Of a stretch of DNA of 64,000 nucleotides, positions 50,692 through 58,789 are shown piece after piece. A program made the position numbers and the translations under genes. How positions within the stretch are numbered: position 1 is the first letter of the stretch; every line of letters begins with the position of its first letter. The notes below the pieces were generated by a model that saw only the letters and a list, made by a program, of their open reading frames with translations, did not search any database and had not been told where the DNA came from. The stretch lies in contig CBDATQ010000002.1 of assembly GCA_965199955.1 (NCBI GenBank), forward strand, positions 160,001-224,000, in the 5' to 3' direction. The DNA comes from Spirochaetia bacterium. GTDB taxonomy: Bacteria; Spirochaetota; Spirochaetia; SZUA-6; Bin103.

Positions 50692-51237
50692 ATGGCAAAG
50701 ACCGGAGACGCCGCCGCAGCCTCGCCCGGCTCCCGGGGGGAGTCCGGGGGCGAGATGACGCGGCGTTCATTCCTGTCCACGCTCGCCGTGGCGTGGATCT
50801 CCTTCACCGCGATCGTGCTTGGCTCGGTGCTTGGCTTGGTGCGCTTCCTGTTTCCGAACGTGCTGTTCGAGCCGCCGCAGTCCTTTCGCGCCGGCTTCGT
50901 GGACGAGTACACGGTGGGCGAGGTCTCGACGCGCTGGAAGGACCAGTTCGGCGTCTGGATCATCCGCGAAGAACAGCAGGTGTACGCGCTGTCGACCGTG
51001 TGCACGCACCTGGGCTGCACGCCGAACTGGCTGGAGGCGGACCGCAAGTTCAAGTGCCCGTGCCACGGCAGCGGCTTCCGCATCACCGGCATCAACTTCG
51101 AGGGGCCGGCCCCGCGCCCGCTGGAGCGGTACAGCATCTCGCTGGGCGACGACGGCCAGATCGTGGTCGACAAGACCAAGAAGTATCAGTGGGAGAAGGG
51201 CGAGTGGAGCGACCCGTCGTCGTTCCTCGCCGTCTGA
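50692..51237 (+). CDS. Rieske Fe-S subunit of a cytochrome bc/b6f-type complex
   Basis: Tat motif TRRSFL, CTHLGC, CPCHGSGF, GPAPRPL. Confidence 0.95.
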   Translation: MAKTGDAAAASPGSRGESGGEMTRRSFLSTLAVAWISFTAIVLGSVLGLVRFLFPNVLFEPPQSFRAGFVDEYTVGEVSTRWKDQFGVWIIREEQQVYALSTVCTHLGCTPNWLEADRKFKCPCHGSGFRITGINFEGPAPRPLERYSISLGDDGQIVVDKTKKYQWEKGEWSDPSSFLAV

Positions 51238-51258
51238 TGAGGCACGGAGTCACCTAAC

Positions 51259-52086
51259 ATGGCCAAGAACAGCAACGGCAGCGGTTCGAACGGAGGGGGC
51301 CGCAAGAGCCCGGCAGACGCCGTGAAGGCGGTCGGCGAGACCCAGGTATGGAAGTCCATCTTCCGCACCGGCGTCCCGGTCTCCCGGCGCCAGCGCATGA
51401 TGTCGGTGCTCAACAACGTCTTCCTGCACCTGCATCCGGTGCGGCTGCCCAAGCACGCGGTCAAGGTGAAGTACACGTGGTGCATGGGCGGGCTGACGTT
51501 CTTCATCTTCCTGGTGCTGACCGTCACCGGCATCCTGTTGATGTTCTACTACCGGCCGACCTCCCAGCATGCCTACGGCGACATCATCGACCTGGGCTCG
51601 CAGGTGCCGCTCGGCATCATGCGGGAGATTCATCGCTGGGGCGCCCACCTGATGGTGATCACGGTGTGGCTGCACATGTTCCGCGTGTTCATGACCGGCT
51701 CCTACAAGCCGCCGCGCGAGTTCAACTGGGCGATCGGCGTGCTGCTGCTGACCATCACCATGTTCCTCAGCTACACCGGCTACCTGCTCCCGTGGGACCA
51801 GCTCGCCATCTGGGCGGTCACCGTCGGCCTTAACATGGCCCGCGCGGCACCGTTCCTCGGCCACGAAGGACCCGGCGCCGCCCTGCTGCACTTGGGCGAC
51901 ATCAACTTCGTGCACGCCGGGGCGGACGCCAAGTTCGCGCTGGCCGGCGGCCGTTTCGTGGGTGAGGCGACGCTGCTGCGCTTCTATGTCCTGCACTGCA
52001 TCGGCGTGCCGTTCATCGCGATGATCTTCATGATCGTGCACTTCTGGCGCGTCCGTAAGGACGGCGGCATCTCGGGTCCTACGTAG
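51259..52086 (+). CDS. Cytochrome b6-like subunit (split cytochrome b, N-terminal part)
   Basis: WCMGG, His pairs spaced 13 and 14 residues, YKPPREFNW, GYLLPWDQ, GISGP C-terminus. Confidence 0.94.
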   Translation: MAKNSNGSGSNGGGRKSPADAVKAVGETQVWKSIFRTGVPVSRRQRMMSVLNNVFLHLHPVRLPKHAVKVKYTWCMGGLTFFIFLVLTVTGILLMFYYRPTSQHAYGDIIDLGSQVPLGIMREIHRWGAHLMVITVWLHMFRVFMTGSYKPPREFNWAIGVLLLTITMFLSYTGYLLPWDQLAIWAVTVGLNMARAAPFLGHEGPGAALLHLGDINFVHAGADAKFALAGGRFVGEATLLRFYVLHCIGVPFIAMIFMIVHFWRVRKDGGISGPT

Positions 52087-52119
52087 GACCTGCACGGAAC
52101 ACGGTAGGTAAGGCAGAAC

Positions 52120-53220
52120 GTGCGCGCGATCATCGACAGGATCTCCGATCCGGCGATCCTGTTCACCATCACCCTCGTGCTGACCATGGTGGTGTTTCCG
52201 CCCACCAAGGGACTGCGGAAGGTGCACGACGCGCTCCGCGTCGACCGCCTCTGGACCAACGGCGGCGGCGTGGTGATGCTGCTGATCCTGCTGGCGTTCT
52301 TCGGCCTGGGGCTCTTCGATCGCGACTTCCGCCTGATCGCAACCAAGCCGGACAACATCCCGATCACGGCGCTGATGTTCGTGGTGGTGTTCTTCCTCTG
52401 GTTCGCCATGAAGCAGGCGCGCGCCAACGACGAGCGCATCGCCGCCGGCAAGAAGCCGGAGGAGGCGGAAGGCGGCAAGGTGCTGGTGTGGCCGGATCTG
52501 GTCTACATCGAGTTCATCTCGCTGATCCTGATCAGCGTGCTGCTGATCGTCTGGTCGATCGGGCTGAAGGCGCCGCTGGAGGAGCCGGCCAACCCCACCG
52601 TCTCGCCCAATCCGTCCAAGGCGCCGTGGTACTTCCTCGGCCTGCAGGAGATGCTGGTCTACTTCGACCCCTGGATCGCAGGCGTGGTGTTCCCGACGCT
52701 GATCATCGTCGGCCTGATGGCCATCCCCTACCTGGACGAGCGGCAAGGCGGGCAGGGCTACTACAGCTACGCCGAGCGCGGCCGCATCATGAGCCTCTTC
52801 ATGTTCGGCTGGCTGGCGCTGTGGGTGTTCCTGATCTACACGGGAACGTTCCTGCGCGGCCCCAACTGGAACTTCTTCGGCCCGTTCGAGACCTGGGACG
52901 TCAACAAGCGGGTGGTGCTCAACAACATCAACCTGTCGGAGATCATCTGGGTGCGGCTGCTTGGCGTCGGCCTGCCGCGCGCGCCGATCGTCCGCGAGGC
53001 GTTCGGGTTCGTGATCGTCGTCGGCTACTTCCTGATCCTGCCCGGACTGCTGGCGAAGACGGTTTTCAAGGACCTGCACGAGCGGCTCGGCCGCGCGAAG
53101 TACGGCGTGCTGATCATCCTTTTCCTCTCCATGCTGTCGCTGCCGCTGAAGATGTATACGCGGTGGCTGTTCAACCTCAAGTACGTGATCTCGATCCCCG
53201 AGGTCTTTTTCAACATATAG
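52120..53220 (+). CDS. Cytochrome b subunit IV-like protein with extra TM helices
   Basis: VWPDL..IE, APLEEPANP..PNPSKAPWYF (PEWY-equivalent), AIPYLD. Confidence 0.85.
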   Translation: MRAIIDRISDPAILFTITLVLTMVVFPPTKGLRKVHDALRVDRLWTNGGGVVMLLILLAFFGLGLFDRDFRLIATKPDNIPITALMFVVVFFLWFAMKQARANDERIAAGKKPEEAEGGKVLVWPDLVYIEFISLILISVLLIVWSIGLKAPLEEPANPTVSPNPSKAPWYFLGLQEMLVYFDPWIAGVVFPTLIIVGLMAIPYLDERQGGQGYYSYAERGRIMSLFMFGWLALWVFLIYTGTFLRGPNWNFFGPFETWDVNKRVVLNNINLSEIIWVRLLGVGLPRAPIVREAFGFVIVVGYFLILPGLLAKTVFKDLHERLGRAKYGVLIILFLSMLSLPLKMYTRWLFNLKYVISIPEVFFNI

Positions 53221-53244
53221 GTGCGGCAATGAAGGCGTTTGTGG

Positions 53245-56130
53245 ATGGCTGACCGGGATCAGGAGAAACACTACAAGCCGGCGGGTTTGAACCGGTGGTT
53301 CGCGATCAGCTCCATTCTGCTGCTGGCCGCGGTCGTCAGCGTCTTCCTGGAGGACTACAACCGCGAGTGGAAGCGCTACCAGCGCGAGTTCCGGGACATC
53401 GACCGGCAAATCACGCGCGGCGCCTGGGAGACGGAGCGGGCGCGGCTGGAGGGCGAGTCGCAGTACCAGCAGGCGCTCGTCGCGGTGGACGGCGCCCAGG
53501 CTCGGCAGGACGAGCTGCAGGGCGACATACGCGCCGCCGAGCGCGAGGTGCGCCGGGCCGACACCGAGTTCCAGGGGATCAACCAGCGCTACCTCACCGA
53601 CAAGGCCCGCTACGAAGAGGCGCTGTACAAGTTCGAGCAGGCGCAGGCGGGTGTGGGCGGCAACGTCGACCGCGAGCGCGCTCGCAAGGAGCGGCTGCTC
53701 GTGCAGTACGAAGAGTCGGGCGTCGAGCACGAGGCGGCGACGCTGAAGCTGGAGGGCGTGCAGACGCAGCTCGCTTCCTACCGGGAGGATCTGCGTCAGG
53801 CCGAGCGCGCCGTCACCGGCCTGCAGCGCAACGCGGACGTCCTGCTCGGCAAGCTGGAGCGCATCGACCCGCAGGCGATGGACTTCTGGAACCGGCTGGG
53901 CGCCGGGGTCCGCGACCTGCCGATCATCGACCTGGCGCAGCCGTCGCTGAAGATCGAGCAGGTCGTGCTGAGCGACATCAGGGAGGATCTCAACTTCGAG
54001 ATGGTGCCGCGCGTGGACCGCTGCGTGACCTGCCACCAGGGCGTGTCGCGGGCGGACCTCGCGGAGGCTCCCAACCCCCACCGCACCCACCCGCGTCTCG
54101 ACCTGTTCCTGGCCAGCGACTCTCCGCATCCGCTCGAGGAGTTCGGCTGCACGAGCTGTCACGGCGGGCGCGGGCGCGCCACCGACTTCTACGGCAGCGT
54201 GCATACCCCGGACGGCAAGGCGCAGCAGGTCGCGTGGCAGTCCGACCTGGGCTGGCGGGAGTTCCACCTATGGGAGGAGCCCATGCACCCCGCGCGCTAC
54301 GCGGAGGCAGGTTGCTTCCAGTGCCATGCGGGTCAGACCACGGTGAAGGGCGCGGAGAAGCTCAGCTTCGGCCTGTCCCTGATCGAGCGCGCCGGCTGCT
54401 ACGGCTGCCACGAGATCGACTCCTATGAGGGACTCAGCCCGCGCGGCCCGTCGCTGGCGCGCGTCAAGGACAAGCTGACCGAGGACTGGGCGTTCCGTTG
54501 GATCCAGGATCCCAAGGCGTTCCGCGCCAACGCGTGGATGCCGGCCTTCTTCGGCCAGCCCAACAACAGCACCCCTGAGCTGACCGCGCGCACCGAACAG
54601 GAAATCCACGCGATGGTCAGCTACCTGTGGGACCACGCAGACGGCTACGAGATGGAGCCGCTGCCGGCCGGCGGCGACGCGGCGCGCGGCGAGGAGCTGG
54701 TCGCGTCGGTCGGCTGCATGGCCTGCCACCAGCTCCCCGACAGCCAGGAGCCGGCCGCGGATCAAGACGCGCTGCGGCGCCAGTTCGGACCCAACTTCGC
54801 CGGCATCGGCTCCAAGACCACGCCGCGGTGGATCTACAACTGGCTGCGCAATCCCGAGAGCTACCATGCCGGGACGCGCATGCCCAACATGCGCTTGACC
54901 GAGCAGGAGGCGGCCGACGTCACCGCCTACCTGGTCACGTTCCGCAACGACGCGTACGGGCCGCCCCCCGACGTGAACGAGGAGCTGGTCGGCGAGATCG
55001 TGGTCGGCTTCCTGGGCAAGACCGCGCCGCCGAGCGTGGCCCGCGATCAGGCGGCTGCCATGGACATCGGCGAGAAGCTCAACTACGCCGGCGAGCGGCT
55101 GATCCGCCAGTACGGCTGCTTCGGCTGCCACGAGATCCCCGGGTTCGAGGCGGCCAAGCCGATCGGCACCGAGCTGACGGCGATCGGCCACAAGCCGCTG
55201 CACCAGTTCGACTTCGGCTTCCTGCACATCGAGCACACGCGCTACGGATGGTGGACGCAGAAGATGAAGGACCCGCGCTCCTTCGACGAGCACAAGGAGC
55301 TGGAGCCGGACCTGTTGCTGCGCATGCCGAACTTCGGCTTCACCGACCAGCAGGTGGAGGCGGTGGTCACCGCGCTGGCCGGCTTCGTGGAGCCGGACGA
55401 GGACCTGACCAAGATCGTGCCGCGCACGCCGGAGAGGCTGGCGATCGAGCGCGGCCAGCAGCTCGTGCGGACCAACAACTGCCAGGGCTGCCACATCATC
55501 GAGGGCGAAGGCGGCTCCGTCGCGCCCACCATCACTGACTGGCTGGTGCGCTTCCGCGGCCAGGGGGCCGCGGCGGCGGAGGCGGCCACCGTCGGCTTCG
55601 CGCCGCCCAACCTGATCGGCGAGGGCGCCAAGGTGCAGACCGACTGGCTGTTCGCGTTCCTGCACGAGCCGTCGGAGATCCGCCCGTGGCTGGCGGCACG
55701 CATGCCCACCTTCGGCTTCAGCGCGAGCGAGATCAACGACCTGGCGCGCTACTTCAGCGCCCTCGACGGCGAGGAGTTCCCGTTCGTGGAGCGGGTCGAG
55801 CCGGCGCTCACCGCGGAGGAGCTTCAGGCGGCGGAGAAGCTGTGGTCCACCGACTACTTCAACTGCACCACCTGCCACATCCAGGGAGGCGAGACGCCGC
55901 CGGGCACGCCCGACCGCTGGGCGCCCGACTTCGCGCTGGCCGCGGAACGGCTCAAGCCGCAGTGGATCATCGACTGGATCGCCGATCCTCAGACGCTGCT
56001 GCCCGGCACCCGGATGCCGACCTTCTATCCGCAGGCCACGCCTCGCGACATCCTGGGCGGCGACGCCGACCACCAGATCCGGGTGCTGCGCGACTACATC
56101 CTGACCATCGGCCTGGCTGCCGCGGATTAA
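53245..56130 (+). CDS. Membrane-anchored octaheme cytochrome c with coiled-coil stalk
   Basis: Eight CxxCH motifs (CVTCH, CTSCH, CFQCH, CYGCH, CMACH, CFGCH, CQGCH, CTTCH); N-terminal TM. Confidence 0.92.
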   Translation: MADRDQEKHYKPAGLNRWFAISSILLLAAVVSVFLEDYNREWKRYQREFRDIDRQITRGAWETERARLEGESQYQQALVAVDGAQARQDELQGDIRAAEREVRRADTEFQGINQRYLTDKARYEEALYKFEQAQAGVGGNVDRERARKERLLVQYEESGVEHEAATLKLEGVQTQLASYREDLRQAERAVTGLQRNADVLLGKLERIDPQAMDFWNRLGAGVRDLPIIDLAQPSLKIEQVVLSDIREDLNFEMVPRVDRCVTCHQGVSRADLAEAPNPHRTHPRLDLFLASDSPHPLEEFGCTSCHGGRGRATDFYGSVHTPDGKAQQVAWQSDLGWREFHLWEEPMHPARYAEAGCFQCHAGQTTVKGAEKLSFGLSLIERAGCYGCHEIDSYEGLSPRGPSLARVKDKLTEDWAFRWIQDPKAFRANAWMPAFFGQPNNSTPELTARTEQEIHAMVSYLWDHADGYEMEPLPAGGDAARGEELVASVGCMACHQLPDSQEPAADQDALRRQFGPNFAGIGSKTTPRWIYNWLRNPESYHAGTRMPNMRLTEQEAADVTAYLVTFRNDAYGPPPDVNEELVGEIVVGFLGKTAPPSVARDQAAAMDIGEKLNYAGERLIRQYGCFGCHEIPGFEAAKPIGTELTAIGHKPLHQFDFGFLHIEHTRYGWWTQKMKDPRSFDEHKELEPDLLLRMPNFGFTDQQVEAVVTALAGFVEPDEDLTKIVPRTPERLAIERGQQLVRTNNCQGCHIIEGEGGSVAPTITDWLVRFRGQGAAAAEAATVGFAPPNLIGEGAKVQTDWLFAFLHEPSEIRPWLAARMPTFGFSASEINDLARYFSALDGEEFPFVERVEPALTAEELQAAEKLWSTDYFNCTTCHIQGGETPPGTPDRWAPDFALAAERLKPQWIIDWIADPQTLLPGTRMPTFYPQATPRDILGGDADHQIRVLRDYILTIGLAAAD

Positions 56131-56235
56131 CGCCCCAAGACCGTCGCCTGCGGCTCCGCTCTTGGCCCATCCCACCGTTCCCTACGACGCCGTCGGGCTT
56201 GCCGCTGACGCGGCCAGCCCGCCAGCCTCATAGGG
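56131..56235. repeat. Dispersed double-hairpin repeat, copy 3
   Basis: CCAAGAcCG-tcgcctgcggctc-CGcTCTTGG then CCCTACGA...GCCGC-tgac-GCGGC...TCATAGGG. Confidence 0.88.
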
Positions 56236-56245
56236 CAGGCGGCGC

Positions 56246-57049
56246 ATGCTGCTTCGCCTGTCCGCGTCCGTCTTCCTGTCGTTCGGCGGCCTGTACCCGC
56301 TGTGGCTGTGGGTCAACCGGCGCGACGGGATCGACCACGGCTTCACGCGCTTCAACCTGGGCATGGCCGCGGTCGTGCTGGGCCTGGGCGTGCTGCTGAT
56401 CACCCTGGTCCCGGGGCAGGGCACCGCGGGCGGCGGCATGGCGCGGCCGTGGCTGGCGCTGATCTGGCTGGGCGTCGCCATGGCCGCGACCGCCTACGCG
56501 TGGCAGCGCCGGCCCTGGGCGATCGCGGCGTGCGCGGTGCCGCCGGCGGTCGGCGTCTTCGTGCTGGTCGACGGCCTTGCCGGCACGCCGGCCGCGGCCT
56601 CCGGGGGCCTGGCGGCCGCGGCCGCGACCACGCTGATCGGCGGGCTGGCGCTTGCGGGGTCGATGTACACGATGGTTCTCGGCCACCATTACCTGAACGC
56701 CGAGAAGATGCCGACCCGCTTCCTAGGCAAGGCGATCGCCGTGTACGCAGCCGTCCTGTCGGTCCGCCTGGTCTGGGACGCGGTGGTGATTGCCGCGGGC
56801 AGCGTCACCGTCGGCGGGTTCGAGCGCCCGGTGCTGGAGTTCGCGCTGAGCCTGGACGGCATGTTCGTCTGGATCGCGCTGTTCTTCGGGACGGTGGTGC
56901 CGCTGGTGATCTGCTTCCTGGCAGGGGCGGCGGTACGCGCCAAGTCCACGCAGGCGGCCACCGGACTGCTGTACGTGGCGGTGAGCGCCGCCATCATCGG
57001 CGAGGCGAGCTACCGGTTCGACCTGCTTTCCTACGGCCTGGCGCTGTGA
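56246..57049 (+). CDS. Uncharacterised polytopic membrane protein with an LGHHYL motif
   Basis: About 8 TM; MVLGHHYL and STQAATGLLY segments; within the bc operon. Confidence 0.8.
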   Translation: MLLRLSASVFLSFGGLYPLWLWVNRRDGIDHGFTRFNLGMAAVVLGLGVLLITLVPGQGTAGGGMARPWLALIWLGVAMAATAYAWQRRPWAIAACAVPPAVGVFVLVDGLAGTPAAASGGLAAAAATTLIGGLALAGSMYTMVLGHHYLNAEKMPTRFLGKAIAVYAAVLSVRLVWDAVVIAAGSVTVGGFERPVLEFALSLDGMFVWIALFFGTVVPLVICFLAGAAVRAKSTQAATGLLYVAVSAAIIGEASYRFDLLSYGLAL

Positions 57050-57513
57050 GCGGTGAGGAGCGCGCAGGCGAGCTGGCGCTGTCGTGGAGTTGCGCAGCAT
57101 GTGGCCAGGCGAACGCGTCGCGACTGGCCGGCGACGGTGTCGCCTGCGACGCGTGCGGAACGGCCGTGGCGGTGACCGGGCCGCACCGCGAGCTCCGCCA
57201 GTGCGCGGTGTGCTCCTCGACACGGCTGTATCGCCAACGCGACTTCAACCGCTTCCTGGGCATCGCCGTGGTCGTGGTGGGCGCGGTGCTGGTGCCGTTC
57301 ACCTACGGGATCAGCCTGCCGGTGGTGTTCCTGATCGACCTGATCCTGTACCGGCGCGTGCCGGAGATGGCCGTCTGCTACCTCTGCCGCGCCGAGTATC
57401 GCGGCATCGAGGTGCCGAAGCGCATCCTGCCGTTCCGACACCACCTGGCCGCCGGCTACGAGAAGCGGCGCGAGCGGTGGCTGGAGCAGACCGGCCAACG
57501 CTCCGAACGCTGA
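57046..57513 (+). CDS. Membrane protein with four CxxC pairs (zinc-ribbon-like)
   Basis: CAAC, CDAC, CAVC, two TMs, CYLC; GTGA overlap with the upstream gene. Confidence 0.8.
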   Translation: MSGEERAGELALSWSCAACGQANASRLAGDGVACDACGTAVAVTGPHRELRQCAVCSSTRLYRQRDFNRFLGIAVVVVGAVLVPFTYGISLPVVFLIDLILYRRVPEMAVCYLCRAEYRGIEVPKRILPFRHHLAAGYEKRRERWLEQTGQRSER

Positions 57514-57520
57514 CAGGTTC

Positions 57521-57773
57521 ATGCCCACCTGCCCCAACATCATCCTCGTCTACACCTCCGACCACGGCATCCTGTACGACACCATGGCCGACCCCAACCC
57601 AGCTCGAAAACCGCTACGGCAGCCGCTCCCATGCCGCTCTCCAGCGCCACCTTGAGGACGCCATGCAGCGGCTCCTCGCCGAGCGCGGCGACCGGTTTCT
57701 GCCGGCCGCCCACTACGTCGAGCGGTATGGGTTCACCGTCGATGAGCGCGGAGCCGTCCCCTTCAGCCGGTGA
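57521..57773 (+). pseudogene. Sulfatase remnant (internally deleted, frameshifted)
   Basis: MPTCPNIILVYTSDHGILYDTMADP / QLENRY...: sulfatase N-terminal, SDHG and LYD..DP..N motifs within about 80 codons. Confidence 0.7.
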
Positions 57774-57886
57774 AGCGTTGCGTCATCGGAGCGCTGCCTC
57801 AGGTCACTCAAGTTGACAGATCGGCTGCAACCTGCGACCGTTAACGGCGAGCCTGTCACGGCTCCCACTTCCTCCGGAGGACCTAC

Positions 57887-58789
57887 GTGCACGTACGCGA
57901 AGACTCTATTCAGACTGCGGGACCGGCAGGCGCGCGCCGCCGACGGTCACTGCTTCCGACCGCCCTGCTGCCGCTGATGGCGGCGCTGCTGGCCTTGACG
58001 CTGGCCGCCTGCGGCGGCGGCGGCGACGGCGGTTCCGAGACCACGACCGAAGCCGAAAAGCCCAAGGAGCCCGCGACCACGTCCAGCGCCGAGCAGGCGT
58101 CGTCCACGCCGGGCGCGCTGAACGCGACCATCTCCGGCACCATCACCTTCGGCGCCGAGGCAAGGCGCGCGCCGGCCGTCCTGAACATGGAAGCCGACCC
58201 GGTCTGCGCCGAAAAGAACGCCGAGGATCCCAAGACCGAGCAGGCGTTCCTGCTCGACGATGCGACGAAGGGGCTCGCCAACGTCCTGATCCAGGTCAAG
58301 GCCGGGCTCCCGGACATGGAGTTCGACGCTCCCGAGTCGGAGGTGGAGTTCACCCAGTCGGGCTGCATCTACGATCCGCACATCCTGATCGCGCGGGTCG
58401 GCCAGACGGTCAAGATCCTCAATCCCGACGGCACGCTCCACAACGTGCACGTGTTCGGCAAGGTCAACCAGGAGTTCAACCAGGCCATGCCGAAGTTCCA
58501 GACCGAGCTCGAGCAGGTGTTCGACAAGGTGGAGGACGATCCGTTCGCCATCAAGTGCGACGTGCACCCCTGGATGAACGCCTTCGGCGTCGTGCTCGAT
58601 CACCCGTACGCGGCGGTCACCGCCCCGGACGGCACGTTCAGCATCCCGAACTTGCCGGCCGGCACCTACTACGTGGAGGTCTGGCACGAGTTGCTGAACT
58701 GGTCGACCTATGAGGTGACCGTCGAGGAAGGCGGGACCGCGACGCTCGATGTGGCGCTGCAGCCGAGCGGACACGACCGGCTGAAGTAG
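57887..58789 (+). CDS. Lipoprotein with a cupredoxin-like site and a carboxypeptidase-regulatory-like beta domain
   Basis: Lipobox LAA-C; HNVH...CDVHPWM; GTFSIPNLPAGTYYVEVWHE; GGAGG RBS. Confidence 0.8.
   Translation: MHVREDSIQTAGPAGARRRRSLLPTALLPLMAALLALTLAACGGGGDGGSETTTEAEKPKEPATTSSAEQASSTPGALNATISGTITFGAEARRAPAVLNMEADPVCAEKNAEDPKTEQAFLLDDATKGLANVLIQVKAGLPDMEFDAPESEVEFTQSGCIYDPHILIARVGQTVKILNPDGTLHNVHVFGKVNQEFNQAMPKFQTELEQVFDKVEDDPFAIKCDVHPWMNAFGVVLDHPYAAVTAPDGTFSIPNLPAGTYYVEVWHELLNWSTYEVTVEEGGTATLDVALQPSGHDRLK

Noticed and set aside
51250..56175. Very long antisense ORFs (1005 aa and 635 aa), and similar ones such as 39008-40996, 43520-44782 and the frame-shifted 7659-9887
   Set aside because: Shadow ORFs of high-GC genes with no motifs; they overlap well-supported CDSs
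50692..57513. Alternative complex III or anammox/nitrite-oxidation module
   Set aside because: Rieske and cytochrome b are present; no molybdopterin or ActB-like subunit and no HAO/NXR motifs are seen
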